From contig CBDCKN010000003.1 of the NCBI GenBank assembly GCA_965218295.1, positions 448,001 through 512,000 of the forward strand: 64,000 nucleotides of DNA, read 5' to 3'. Within the stretch, counting starts at the first letter, position 1; each line of letters starts with the position of its first letter. A program made the translations under genes and the position numbers. The stretch is from Longimicrobiales bacterium. Its GTDB lineage: Bacteria > Gemmatimonadota > Gemmatimonadetes > Longimicrobiales > Gaopeijiaceae. Below are positions 42,196 to 59,544 of this stretch, piece after piece. A model generated the notes under the pieces. It saw nothing but the letters and a program-made list of their open reading frames with translations. It was not told the origin of the DNA and ran no database searches.

Positions 42196-42837
42196 GTGTC
42201 CCGCGGAATGGCCACTTGGCGCATCTTCATTCTGATCGCCTGCGTCTGGCTGGCCGTTTCTGCATACACGAATGAGAGAGTGCTCGCGCCGGAGGTGATG
42301 GCAGGCGTGGCCAGCCGTACCCCCGGGGTCGAGATGTCGGTCGCGCAGCTCGACCAGCTACGCCGACAAGGACGCTGGGCATACCTCCTGCTTCCCGCGC
42401 TCCTGGCGATCCGCGTCGCCGTCGTAGCCCTGGCACTTCAGTTGTTCTCGACGTTGATGGCGCACCCCCTGCCCTACCGCGAGGCATTCCGCGCGGGCCT
42501 CTGGGGCTTCGGGGCCGTGATCTACGGCACATTCGTTCGGATGCTGAGGCTCGATCTGCTCCCGTCTGGCGCCCTCACACGGGAAGAGCTCGCAGTCGTT
42601 CCCGATTCGCTGGCGGTTTTGATCTTGGGAGCGGGAGAGCGTGTCACGGTCCTGTCCGCCGCCTTGGGCCTGCTTAGCCTCCATGACGCCTTCTGGATCG
42701 TGGTCATCTCGGCGTACCTCCATGCCTTCACCGGCCTGGAGCGCCGTGTGGCCATCGCCATCGCCGTGTCCGGATGGCTGACAATGGCGCTGGCCCGCCT
42801 CGGCGCCCAGGCCTTCATGATCGGAATGCTCAACTGA
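42196..42837 (+). CDS. Membrane protein, possibly Yip1-like accessory/immunity protein
   Basis: About 5 hydrophobic segments; directly follows the C39 transporter. The family assignment is from resemblance only. Confidence 0.55.
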   Translation: MSRGMATWRIFILIACVWLAVSAYTNERVLAPEVMAGVASRTPGVEMSVAQLDQLRRQGRWAYLLLPALLAIRVAVVALALQLFSTLMAHPLPYREAFRAGLWGFGAVIYGTFVRMLRLDLLPSGALTREELAVVPDSLAVLILGAGERVTVLSAALGLLSLHDAFWIVVISAYLHAFTGLERRVAIAIAVSGWLTMALARLGAQAFMIGMLN

Positions 42838-42972
42838 GCGGTGTCGACACCCGTCGGGCCGCTGAGTTGCCGGCTCCGGTAGCCGCGGCCTCCTTGCCCT
42901 CACCGCGACCCGCCTCTACCGTGCCATCCGCCCACGAGGGCCCTCTCACAATCATTGTCAGAGAAACGTGCC

Positions 42973-43428
42973 ATGAGCATCCGAAACGTCACAGCCTTCG
43001 CTCTCCTTGCGCTGGTCTTCGCCTGCACGACCGATCCCTCTGCGCAGGAGGCGCGTACCTACTTCAACGGGCGCTCCCCGGCCGACGGGGACGTCGCGCC
43101 CTTCAGTGGCGCCGTTCAGGTGGGCAGCACGCTCTATCTGGCCGGGAGCATCGGACTCGACCCGGGCCAGCAGGTGCCGGCCACGGCCGAGGCAGAGGCC
43201 ACGAACGTCCTGAACAACATCCAGGGCTCCCTCGAAGCCGCCGGCATGACCATGAACGACCTGGTGATGGTGCAGGTGTACAGCTCCGACGTCTCCGACT
43301 ACGGTGCCTTCAACGGCGTCTACCGCACCTACTTCACCACCGAGTTTCCGGCCCGGGCCTTCATCGGTGCCGGCACGCTGCTCTTCGGCGCCCGGTTCGA
43401 GGTACTCGGGATCGCCGTAAAGCGGTAG
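42973..43428 (+). CDS. RidA/YjgF family protein with a lipoprotein signal
   Basis: PFSGAV...LYLAG, FNGVYRTYF, FPARA, FEV; N-terminal LALVFAC. Confidence 0.88.
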   Translation: MSIRNVTAFALLALVFACTTDPSAQEARTYFNGRSPADGDVAPFSGAVQVGSTLYLAGSIGLDPGQQVPATAEAEATNVLNNIQGSLEAAGMTMNDLVMVQVYSSDVSDYGAFNGVYRTYFTTEFPARAFIGAGTLLFGARFEVLGIAVKR

Positions 43429-43566
43429 TGGGGCCGACACCTGACGCTCGACATCCCGTGACGCCGAATACACATTAGTTGGCGCAGGGGAGCGGCGTTG
43501 GGCCCGTCCGGGCTCACCAAATGGTCCGGCAGATCTCGCACCAGGCCCCTCGCTAGGGGGCACTGG

Positions 43567-45206
43567 ATGCCGAATCTACAGACAAGGTCTAGCACTCGAA
43601 TGGGCTCCTGGAGTGGCCCGAGGGAAGGTCTCCTCACCACTCCCGCGGAACTGGTCCGGGGGCTGGCTCGCGTGAATCTGCCTCTATACGTCGTCGATCA
43701 CGGCGATACCTTCGCGTTCTCCCACGAGGGCACCGTCGAGCTCGGTGGCGATCCCCAGGTGGAAGGCCTCCCTCTCCTGGCCCTGGCCCCCGTATGCAAG
43801 CCCCAGCGCCTGGGATCCGCTGGATTCGCCCGTGACCACGGCGTCCGTTTCTGCTATCTGGCAGGAGCCATGGCGAACGGCATCGGCTCGGTGGAGCTCG
43901 TGGAGGCCATGAGCCGAGCGGGCATGCTCTCCTTCTTCGGCGCCGCCGGCCTCGGGCCGGATCCTATCGAAGACGCCATTGACCACATTTCCACCCGCCT
44001 GGGCGATCTCCCCTGGGGCTTCAACCTCATCCACAGCCCGTACGAGCCCAGGCTCGAAGAGGTGGTGGCCGACCTCTACGTGCGCCGCGGTGTGAACCGG
44101 GTATCCGCCTCGGCCTATATGGATCTCACGCTGCCCCTGGTGCGCTACCGGCTCCACGGGATCCATGCGGACTCGTCGGGCCGGGTGGTGACGCCCCATC
44201 GGGTGGTGGCCAAGGTCTCACGCACCGAGGTGGCCCGGAAGTTCTTCGCCCCCGCTCCGGCCAAGATGCTCGCCGAGCTGGTAGCCCGCGGAGACCTCAC
44301 CGAGGAGCAGGCCCGCATGGCGGAGACCGTCCCGGTTGCACAGGACCTGACGGTGGAGGCCGACTCGGGCGGCCACACCGACAACCGGCCCGCCATCACC
44401 CTGCTTCCCACCATGCTGGCGCTTCGCGATCGGCTCCAGGTGGAGCACGACTACGACGCCCCCTTGCGTGTGGGTTCCGCTGGCGGCGTTTCGACGCCAC
44501 ATTCCGTGGCTGCGACGTTCGCCATGGGGGCCGATTACGTCCTGACCGGCTCGGTGAACCAGGCGTGTCGCGAGGCCGGAACGTCGGACGCCGTCCGGAA
44601 GATGCTGGCCCAGGCGAAGCAGGCCGACGTGACCATGGCTCCGGCCGCGGACATGTTCGAGATGGGCGTCAGGTTGCAGGTCCTCAAGCGCGGAACGATG
44701 TTTCCCATGAGGGCTCACCGCCTGTATGATCTCTATAGAGCCCACGCGGGCCTCGAAGACATTCCCGACGACGAACGACTGAATCTGGAACGGACGATTT
44801 TCCGTACGTCATTGGACGAGATCTGGGAGGAGACACGGCGCTTCTGGGAGGCTCGAGACCCGGCCCAGGTCGAAAAGGCCGAGCGCGATCCGAAGCATCG
44901 GATGGCCCTGGTCTTTCGGTGGTACATGGGCATGTCGTCCCGCTGGGCGAACCGCGGTGAGCCGGGTCGTGAGATGGACTACCAGGTCTGGTGCGGCCCG
45001 GCGATGGGTGCTTTCAACGAGTGGGTCCGGGGCAGCGTCTTGGAGCCCTGGGAGAGCCGTCGCGTAGTCAGCGTGGCTCACAACATGTTGCATGGTGCTG
45101 CGGTCATTACACGGGCGAACGCTCTGCGCAGCCAGGGAGTGGAGCTGCCGGCCGAGTGCGTCGACCTCCGCCCCCGCGAACCAGATGAACTCGAGGAACT
45201 GCTGTC

Positions 45207-45210
<4 letters not shown>
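43567..45210 (+). CDS. pfaD: PUFA synthase enoyl reductase (start uncertain)
   Basis: GAMANGI, FGAAGL, NLIHSP, SASAY, EADSGGHTDNRP, MAPAADMFEMG, DYQVWCGPAMGAFN. Confidence 0.95.
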
Positions 45211-51476
<6,266 letters not shown>

Positions 51477-51481
51477 CCGCT

Positions 51482-54400
51482 ATGTCCTCACCCGAGCCGA
51501 TCGCAATCGTCGGCCTCGGCGGGGTGCTCCCCGGTGCCGCTACCCCCGATGACTTCTGGCGCGTCGTCGAGGCCGGCATCGACACCGCCTCCGAACCACC
51601 CCTGGGCCGCTGGCACCTGGATCTGGAGCAGGCGTACAATTCCGAGCACGCCCGGGCGGATCACGTCTACTCCCGGCGGGCCTGCTTCGTTAGAGACTTC
51701 GAGCTGGATCCGACCGGCCTGAATCTGCCGGCGGAGCTTGTCGACGCCCTCGATCCCATGGTCCACCTGGCGCTGCACGCCGGCAGGCAGGCGTGGCACG
51801 ACGCCGTCACCGATCCGGTCGATCCCGGACGCGTGGGTGTCATGCTCGGCAACATCGTCCTCCCCACGGCGTCGGCTTCGGCCATGGCCGACTGGATCCT
51901 GGGGCGTCGCTTCGAGCGCGAGCTCTTCCGGGCGGCCGGCGTACCCATGCCCATGGAGGATCGGGTTCCGGTCGGGGCTATCAACCGCTGGGTCGCCGGG
52001 CTTCCCGCCGCCATGCTGGCAAGGGCCCTGGGCCTCGGTGGGGAGCGGTTCTGCCTGGACGCGGCGTGCTCCTCGTCCCTCTTCGCCCTGGAGCTCGCCG
52101 TCGACGCCCTCCGGAGCGGCCGCCTCGACGCCGTCCTCGCCGGTGGACTGTCCCGGCCCGACTCCCTGTACACCCAGATGGGTTTCTCCCAGCTCCTGGC
52201 CGTCTCGCCCACAGGCCGCTGCTCTCCCTTCGATCACAAGGGTGACGGCTTGGTGGTGGGCGAGGGCGCCGGAATTCTGGTAGTGAAGCGCCTCTCCGAC
52301 GCACTGGAGCATGGAGATCGGATCCGAGCCGTCGTGAGGAGCGTCGGCCTCGCCAACGACGTGGAGGGCAGCCTCCTGGCCCCCAGCCAGGAAGGACAGC
52401 TGCGGGCCATGCGAGGCGCTTACGGAGCGGCCGGTTGGCGCCCGAGCGACGTGGATCTGGTGGAGTGTCACGCCACGGGCACGCCGGTGGGTGACGCCGT
52501 GGAGTTCGCGAGCCTGCAGGCGCTCTGGGCCGAGGAGCACGCCCCCGAAGCGAGCTGCGTCATCGGTTCGGCCAAGTCCAACACTGGGCACCTGCTGACT
52601 GGGGCCGGAGCCGTCGGACTTCTCAAGACCGTGTTGGCCATGGAGCACCGGGTTCTGCCCCCGACAGCCAACTTCGAGGAGCCGGGGGACAAGGTCGACC
52701 TCGCCCGGAGCCCGTTCCGAGTGCTGCGAGGGGCAGAGCCCTGGGAGGCCCCGTCGAGTCACCCGCGTCGTGCGGCGGTGAGTGGCTTCGGCTTCGGGGG
52801 GATCAACGCCCACGTGCTTCTGGAGGAGTTCGGGGCGCCCTCGGCCGGGCGTGCCACAGTCGCCGTTCCGGAGCTGCCCGCGCCCGAGGGAGTCGCCATC
52901 GTGGGCATGGGCGCCCGTATCGGGCCGTGGCAGGACCTGGAGTCCGTCCAGCGGCGGATACTGGGCCGCAGGGATGATCATCCGGTTCGCGCCAAGGAGA
53001 ACCACTGGGGGGTCCCGGACCCTCCGCTGGGGTGGTTCATCGAGGAGCTCGAGATTCCCTTCGGCCGCTTCAAGATCCCACCAAAGGAGATCGAAGAGGC
53101 TCTCCCCCAGCAGATGCTCATGCTCCAGGTTGCCGAGCGCGCCATCGCGGACGCCGCCCTGGACGATGTCGAGCGCCTTCGCACAGGTGTGTTCGTGGGG
53201 ATCGAACTCGATCTCAACACGACCAACTATCACCTGCGATGGGCCGTCCGATCCCGGGCCGCGGATTGGGCCCGGAGGCTGGAGCGTCCGACCTCAGGAG
53301 CAGAGTTCCAGAACTGGGTCGACGAGCTCTGCGATTCCCTCACGCCCGCGCTCAACGCCAACCGCACCATCGGCGGTCTCGGCTCCATCGTGGCAAGCCG
53401 GGTCGCCCGGGAGTTCGGCCTCGGCGGTCCGAGCTACGTCCTCGCCAGCGAAGAGACCTCCGGCATGTCGGCCCTCCAGGCAGCGATCCGAGCGCTCCAG
53501 ACCAAACGACTCGACTGTGCCGTCGTGGGGGCCGTCGACCTGTCCGGAGACGTCCGAGCCTTGCTCTCTCTGGCCAGCACGGATGGCGTGGCGGGTGACG
53601 GCGTCCCGCGCCCCTTCGACGGAGAGTCGCAAGGCGTGGTACCCAGCGACGGCGCGGTCGCTCTCGTGCTGAAGCGGGAAGACGAGGCCCGACAGGAGGG
53701 TGATCGTATCTACGCGGTTGTCCGCGGCGTAGGAAGCGCAGGCGGAGACCTGGCGGACGCGAGCGCCGAAGCCATCCGCCGGAGCTGCCGGGAAACCGGT
53801 GTCGACCCCGATGACGTTTTTTACGTGGAGGGCCACGGCGGCGGGGTGCCGAAAGAGGACCGGGCGGAAGCCCGAGCGCTGACAGAGGTCTATGGAGCCG
53901 ACACCATCCTCGGATGCACCAAAGCCCGTGTTGGTCACACGGGAGCTGCGGCGGGGCTCGTCTCGGTCCTCGGGGCCAGCCTGGCGCTTTACCAGCAGGT
54001 GCTACCCGGGACTAACGGACGCGACCGAGCCATGCCTGGAGACGGCTCAGCGGCCGGGCCTGCGCGTGTTCCCGAATCGGACACGGGCTTGATTCCGCTG
54101 GCCGACTCCCGTCCGTGGGTGCGTGATCGAACCGACGGTCCAAGGCGGGCCGGCGTTCTGGCTGTATCTCGAGGCGGATCCTGCTCACACGTGATGTTGG
54201 AGGGACTGGACGAAGCGGCGCGTGAGGAAGAGCGATCGAGTCCCCTGGGCCCGTTGCACGAAGGGCTCTTCGTGGTGGAAGGCGACGACGACGAGGCCGT
54301 GGCCGCCGGCCTGAGACGCCTCGCCGACTTCGCCGGGGCTACGCGGTCGGCTCCAGTGCACGCCCTGGCACGACCCTGGTGGCAGGAACAGTCCCTGCAG

Positions 54401-57400
54401 CCGGGCGCCGCCCGGGCCATTGCCCTGGTCGCCCGTGATGCCGGCGAGGTAGAGAGCCTTGCCCGGTCCGCGGCCGACCAGATCGAGGCGGGTGCCGACC
54501 CGTCGGATCGGAGCGCCGGCCGGGTCTTCTTCTCGCGGGAGCCCCTGGGACCCGAGGCTCAGCTCGCCTTCGTATATCCCGGCTCGGGGAGTCAGTTCAC
54601 CGGAATGGGCCGGGAGCTCTGCCTCCAGTGGCCAGAGATCCTGCGAGCGCGGGAGGCGAGCAGCGAGAAGCTGAGCTCCCAGCTGAGGATGCCGGAGATC
54701 TGGCGGACCGGCCCCACCCACACCGATGCCCGTACGGTGATCCTCTCCCAGGTGGCGCTGGGCACCCTGGCCACGGACCTCATGTCCCGTTTCGGCGTGC
54801 GCCCCGACGCGGTGGTCGGTTACTCGTTGGGAGAGACGGCGGGGCTGTTCTCCACGGGAGCTTGGCACGAGCGGGACGAGATGCTTCGCAGAACCACCGA
54901 GAGCGATCTCTTCGTGACCGAGCTCGCGGGCCCCTGCACCGCCGCCCGCGCCGCCTGGAATCTCGACGAGGATGCTTCGGTGGAGTGGCGGGTCGGGGTG
55001 GTCGACCAGCCTGCCGACAAGGTGAGAGGGGTCCTGGAGGGGCGAGAGCGGGTCTACCTGCTCATCGTGAATACTCCCGACGAGTGCGTCATCGGTGGCA
55101 ACGCGGACGCGGTGGATGAGGCCGTCCAGGCCCTGGGCTCGGCGTTCCATGCGCTCCAGGGTGTCACCACCGTGCACTGCGAGGTCGCCCGCGAGGTTGA
55201 GAAGGCCTACCGGGACTTGCATCTGCTCGATACCCGCCCACCGGCGGGTATGCGCTTCTACAGCGGGGCCTGGGGAGAGTCCTACGAGGTGGACCGGGAG
55301 CGGGCTGCCGACTCCCTCCTTGCCCAGGCGCTCCACGGAGTGGACTTCCCCAAGACCGTACGCCAGGCCTACGAGGACGGCGTACGCATCTTCCTGGAGA
55401 TGGGGCCAGGAGCGTCGTGCACGCGTATGGTTTCGAAAATCCTCGACGGTCTCCTCTTCAGGGCGCGCTCCATCTCCTCGCCGACACAGGACGAGCCGGG
55501 CGCCGTCCTCAGGGCCCTTGCCATGCTCGTGGTCGAGCGGGTGGAGGTCGATCTCACGCTCCTCTATCCCAGCGTCGTCGAGCCCGAGGGCGAGTCGGGA
55601 CCGGCCATCCGGGTTCCCATCGGCCAGGTGGGCCTTGGAGCGGTGCCCGTGGGAACCGTGGCGGCGCAGCCCGTCGGAACCCTACCGACCGCTGAGCCCC
55701 GCGCGTCTCTCCCCACCGAGCTCCCCCCGGGTCTGGCGGTCGCCGTGCGGGCCGCCCAGACCACGGTGGAGGCCCACGAGGCTTTTCTCCGCTCGGCCGA
55801 GCACACACGGCAGCTGGCAGCGGCCCAGCTGGCGCATCAGCGGGAGTTGATGCACGCCTTGGCCAGCGGGGGCACAGCACCCCTGATCCCGGATCTGGGC
55901 GCTGCCGTAGCGGCAGTGGAGTCGGCACCGCCGCCCACCGCCTCTCCCCCGATGCCAGCCGAGACGACCCGCGACGCCCCCGCTCCTGTGCGCTCGATCG
56001 CCCTGGACCGCGACCAGCTAATGGAGTTCGCCGTCGGCTCCATCGGAGATGTGCTGGGTGAGCGCTTCGCCCACGTGGACAGCCACCCGACCCGAGTGCG
56101 ATTGCCCGACGAGCCGCTCATGCTCGTCGACCGCGTCATGGCCATCGAGGCCGAGCCCCAGTCCATGACCTCGGGGCGGATCGTGACGGAGCACGACGTG
56201 CTCGAGGGCGCCTGGTACCTGGACGGGGGACGCATCCCTACGTGCGTCGCTGTCGAAGCGGGGCAGGCCGACCTGCTCCTCTCGGGCTACCTGGGCATCG
56301 ACTCCGAGACGAAGGGCCTGGCCGTCTACCGGCTCCTGGACGCCGTGGTGACCTTCCACGGAGAGCTGACACGGCCGGGTCAGGTCATCGTCTACGACAT
56401 CCGAATCCTCCGGTTCTTCCGGCAGGGCGACACCTGGCTTTTCCGCTTCCAGTTCGACGCCACCGTCGACGGACGCCCGCTCATGACCATGCGGGAGGGC
56501 TCAGCAGGCTTCTTCACTCAAGGAGAGCTCGATGCCGGGCAGGGCATCGTGTTGACCGGCATGGAGCAGCGGGCCATGCCCGGCCGGCGGCCCGACGACT
56601 GGCGAGAGCTGGTCCCCATGCGCAAGGAGTCCTACGACGAAGCACAGGTCGAGGCGCTCCGGCGTGGTGACATGGCCGGCGCGTTCGGCGAGGAGTTCGC
56701 CGGACTCGGCGTGACCCGTCCGCTCACGATCCCCGGAGACCGCATGCGGCTGGTTCACCGGGTCACGGAGCTCGACCCCGAGGGCGGACGCTACGGCATC
56801 GGGAGCATCGTGGCGGAAGCCGACATCCATCCTGACGACTGGTTCCTCACCTGCCACTTCGTCGACGACGAGGTGATGCCGGGCACGCTGATGTACGAGT
56901 GCTGCCTGCACACGCTGCGGATCTTCCTCCTTCGCATGGGCTGGATCGCCGAGGACGGAGCCGCAACATGGCAGCCCATCGTGGGCGTGAAGAGCCGGCT
57001 CAGGTGCCGGGGCCAGGTGCTGGCCTCTACGGAGATGGTCACCTACGAGATCAACCTCCAGGAGCTTGGCTACGACCCCGAGCCCTACGCCATCGTGGAC
57101 GCCATGATGTACGCCGACGGCAAGCTTATTGTGGACATCCGCGACATGTCCGTCCGGCTGAACGGCGCGAGCCGGGCTCAACTGGAGTCCCTTTGGGCGA
57201 ACCGAGGCGCCGGCGCTTCCCCCGACCTAACGCCGAAGAGCACGGCAGCGACGCATGCGAGGACGGAGGCCGCTGACGCCACCCCCTCAGAGTCGCTGGC
57301 CCCCGGGAGCGCTCCCTCCGAGATCACCGTCGTCGAGTCGCCCGGCGCCGCCCCCAAGGTCGTGGCTCTCCATCGGGACCCGTCGGTCCCGTACGACAAG

Positions 57401-58468
57401 GCGAGCATCCTGGCCTTCAGCAGCGGCAAGCCGTCGGAGGCGTTCGGCGAGGTCTACAGCTCCTTCGACAGTGGTCCGCGGCGCATCGCCCGGCTTCCGC
57501 GTCCCCCGTATCAGTGCATCGATCGTGTTACGTCGGTGGAGGGGGAGCCCTTCGTCATGAAGGCGGGGGCCAAAGCCACGGCTCAGTTCGACGTCACAGC
57601 CGACCACTGGTACTTCGCGAGCAACCGCCAAGGCGAGATGCCCTTCTCCGTGCTCCTGGAGGTGGCGCTCCAGCCCTGCGGGTGGCTGGCAGGATACGTG
57701 GGGTCGGCTCTGGCCTCCAACACGGACGTGCGCTTCCGAAACCTGGGGGGCGAGGCCGTCCAGCTGGCCAGGATGACCGCCGGCACAGACGTGATCACCA
57801 CCCAGGTGGAGCTCACCAGCGTCTCCTTGTCCGGGGGGATGATCATCCAGCACTACTCCATGTCGCTGGCCAGCGATCGTCAGGGGCCATTGTACGAGGG
57901 GACCACCTACTTCGGCTTCTTCTCGGACCAGGCCCTGGCTGATCAGGTCGGCATGCGCGACGCCGTCATCCATGATCCCCCGTCAGCGGAGCGCCAGCGT
58001 GGGCTGAGCTTCCCGCTCCCAGGCGAGCGGCCATTCCCCGACGAGCACTTCCGCATGGTGGACCGGATCGATCTCCTGGTGCCCGACGGCGGCCCGAACG
58101 GTCTCGGATGGATCGAAGGATCCATCGACGTCGATCCGGGTGCCTGGTTCTTCGAGGCACACTTCTACCAGGATCCCGTGTGGCCCGGCTCCCTCGGCCT
58201 GGAGGCGTTCGTACAGCTGCTCAAGGCCTACGCCGCCAAGCGCTGGCGTCTCGGTGAGGCGGCCGAGTTCCGTACGCTCCCCAGTGACAACCGCCATCGA
58301 TGGAGCTACCGCGGCCAGATCATCCCGGGTTGCCGGCGCGTGGAGGTGTGCGCCAGCATCACTGCAGTGAACGACGACCGGCGAACCCTCATAGCCGACG
58401 GATTCCTTTCGGTGGACGGCAGGACCATCTATTCGATGAACGATTTCAGCCTGGAGGCGCGCGAGTGA
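51482..58468 (+). CDS. pfaBC: PUFA synthase subunit B/C: KS-CLF-AT-FabA-like DH domains
   Basis: DAACSSS KS; second KS-like domain lacking the Cys (SEETSG); AT GYSLG; CHFVDDEVMPG and AHFYQDPVWPG dehydratase motifs. Confidence 0.93.
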   Translation: MSSPEPIAIVGLGGVLPGAATPDDFWRVVEAGIDTASEPPLGRWHLDLEQAYNSEHARADHVYSRRACFVRDFELDPTGLNLPAELVDALDPMVHLALHAGRQAWHDAVTDPVDPGRVGVMLGNIVLPTASASAMADWILGRRFERELFRAAGVPMPMEDRVPVGAINRWVAGLPAAMLARALGLGGERFCLDAACSSSLFALELAVDALRSGRLDAVLAGGLSRPDSLYTQMGFSQLLAVSPTGRCSPFDHKGDGLVVGEGAGILVVKRLSDALEHGDRIRAVVRSVGLANDVEGSLLAPSQEGQLRAMRGAYGAAGWRPSDVDLVECHATGTPVGDAVEFASLQALWAEEHAPEASCVIGSAKSNTGHLLTGAGAVGLLKTVLAMEHRVLPPTANFEEPGDKVDLARSPFRVLRGAEPWEAPSSHPRRAAVSGFGFGGINAHVLLEEFGAPSAGRATVAVPELPAPEGVAIVGMGARIGPWQDLESVQRRILGRRDDHPVRAKENHWGVPDPPLGWFIEELEIPFGRFKIPPKEIEEALPQQMLMLQVAERAIADAALDDVERLRTGVFVGIELDLNTTNYHLRWAVRSRAADWARRLERPTSGAEFQNWVDELCDSLTPALNANRTIGGLGSIVASRVAREFGLGGPSYVLASEETSGMSALQAAIRALQTKRLDCAVVGAVDLSGDVRALLSLASTDGVAGDGVPRPFDGESQGVVPSDGAVALVLKREDEARQEGDRIYAVVRGVGSAGGDLADASAEAIRRSCRETGVDPDDVFYVEGHGGGVPKEDRAEARALTEVYGADTILGCTKARVGHTGAAAGLVSVLGASLALYQQVLPGTNGRDRAMPGDGSAAGPARVPESDTGLIPLADSRPWVRDRTDGPRRAGVLAVSRGGSCSHVMLEGLDEAAREEERSSPLGPLHEGLFVVEGDDDEAVAAGLRRLADFAGATRSAPVHALARPWWQEQSLQPGAARAIALVARDAGEVESLARSAADQIEAGADPSDRSAGRVFFSREPLGPEAQLAFVYPGSGSQFTGMGRELCLQWPEILRAREASSEKLSSQLRMPEIWRTGPTHTDARTVILSQVALGTLATDLMSRFGVRPDAVVGYSLGETAGLFSTGAWHERDEMLRRTTESDLFVTELAGPCTAARAAWNLDEDASVEWRVGVVDQPADKVRGVLEGRERVYLLIVNTPDECVIGGNADAVDEAVQALGSAFHALQGVTTVHCEVAREVEKAYRDLHLLDTRPPAGMRFYSGAWGESYEVDRERAADSLLAQALHGVDFPKTVRQAYEDGVRIFLEMGPGASCTRMVSKILDGLLFRARSISSPTQDEPGAVLRALAMLVVERVEVDLTLLYPSVVEPEGESGPAIRVPIGQVGLGAVPVGTVAAQPVGTLPTAEPRASLPTELPPGLAVAVRAAQTTVEAHEAFLRSAEHTRQLAAAQLAHQRELMHALASGGTAPLIPDLGAAVAAVESAPPPTASPPMPAETTRDAPAPVRSIALDRDQLMEFAVGSIGDVLGERFAHVDSHPTRVRLPDEPLMLVDRVMAIEAEPQSMTSGRIVTEHDVLEGAWYLDGGRIPTCVAVEAGQADLLLSGYLGIDSETKGLAVYRLLDAVVTFHGELTRPGQVIVYDIRILRFFRQGDTWLFRFQFDATVDGRPLMTMREGSAGFFTQGELDAGQGIVLTGMEQRAMPGRRPDDWRELVPMRKESYDEAQVEALRRGDMAGAFGEEFAGLGVTRPLTIPGDRMRLVHRVTELDPEGGRYGIGSIVAEADIHPDDWFLTCHFVDDEVMPGTLMYECCLHTLRIFLLRMGWIAEDGAATWQPIVGVKSRLRCRGQVLASTEMVTYEINLQELGYDPEPYAIVDAMMYADGKLIVDIRDMSVRLNGASRAQLESLWANRGAGASPDLTPKSTAATHARTEAADATPSESLAPGSAPSEITVVESPGAAPKVVALHRDPSVPYDKASILAFSSGKPSEAFGEVYSSFDSGPRRIARLPRPPYQCIDRVTSVEGEPFVMKAGAKATAQFDVTADHWYFASNRQGEMPFSVLLEVALQPCGWLAGYVGSALASNTDVRFRNLGGEAVQLARMTAGTDVITTQVELTSVSLSGGMIIQHYSMSLASDRQGPLYEGTTYFGFFSDQALADQVGMRDAVIHDPPSAERQRGLSFPLPGERPFPDEHFRMVDRIDLLVPDGGPNGLGWIEGSIDVDPGAWFFEAHFYQDPVWPGSLGLEAFVQLLKAYAAKRWRLGEAAEFRTLPSDNRHRWSYRGQIIPGCRRVEVCASITAVNDDRRTLIADGFLSVDGRTIYSMNDFSLEARE

Positions 58469-59544
58469 GGTATTCGCGTGTGGTCATCGAGGGGTTCGGC
58501 TACGAGCTGGCGCCGTGCATCGTCACGTCCGACGAGCTGGAGGAGAGGCTGGCCCCAGCCTATCGCCAGCTGCACATCCAGCCAGGCCAGTTGCTCCTCA
58601 TGACGGGGATCCGGGAGCGCCGCTACTGGGATCCGGGATACACTGTAACCCAGGGCGCCACGGCCGCCGCCCTGAAGGCGCTCCGCGACTCGCCCGTACC
58701 GGCCGACGCCCTCGAAACGCTGATCTACGCCGGCGTGTGCCGGGAGCACTTCGAGCCCGCCACGGCCTGCCACGTCGCCGCCGGCCTGCACAAGGCCGGC
58801 CAACCGATCCGGCCGTCGGCCCACGTCTACGACGTGAGCAACGCGTGTCTCGGCGTCCTGAATGGCATTCTCGACATCGCAAACCGCATCGAACTGGGCC
58901 AGATCCGAGCGGGGATGGTGGTGAGCTGCGAGACCGCCCGGGCCATCGTCGACACGACCATCGCCCGCCTCAACGGCCGTCCGGATATGGAGGAGTTCAA
59001 GACGGCCATCGCAACGCTCACGGGTGGATCGGCGGCCGTTGCGGTGATCCTGAGCGACGGCTCCTTCGGCGAGTCGGACAGGAGGCGCCTCCGAGGAGCG
59101 GTGGTCGAGACGGCCCCCGAGCACCACATGTTGTGCCGCTGGGGCTTGGAGGCCCACCCCGAGAGCCAGGCGAACGGGGCAGAGTCCAGCCTGCGGGAGT
59201 TCGCGAGCACCGACGCGCCGGCCGTTCTCGAGCACGGAGTCGCCTTGGGCGCCCGCACCTGGGACGAGTTCCTCAAGGAGATGGAATGGCCCGTCGAGCA
59301 GGTCAACCGCACGGTCTGCCACCAGGTCGGGTCGGCTCACCGAGAAGTAATGCTGCGGACCATGGGCCTTGCTCCGGAGCACGACTTCGTGACCTACGAA
59401 TATCTGGGTAATACTGGCACCGCGGCGCTCCCGGCGGCGGCGGCCCTGGCTCAGGAGCGGGGATTCATAGAGCCCGGACATCGGGTCGGCCTTCTCGGCA
59501 TCGGCAGTGGCCTGAACTGCATGATGTTGGGAGTGGATTGGTGA
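58465..59544 (+). CDS. oleA: OleA thiolase-fold condensing enzyme (FabH-like)
   Basis: TGIRERR, EPATA, DVSNACLG, TLTGGS, HQVG, LGNTG, LLGIGSGLNC. Confidence 0.9.
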   Translation: MRYSRVVIEGFGYELAPCIVTSDELEERLAPAYRQLHIQPGQLLLMTGIRERRYWDPGYTVTQGATAAALKALRDSPVPADALETLIYAGVCREHFEPATACHVAAGLHKAGQPIRPSAHVYDVSNACLGVLNGILDIANRIELGQIRAGMVVSCETARAIVDTTIARLNGRPDMEEFKTAIATLTGGSAAVAVILSDGSFGESDRRRLRGAVVETAPEHHMLCRWGLEAHPESQANGAESSLREFASTDAPAVLEHGVALGARTWDEFLKEMEWPVEQVNRTVCHQVGSAHREVMLRTMGLAPEHDFVTYEYLGNTGTAALPAAAALAQERGFIEPGHRVGLLGIGSGLNCMMLGVDW

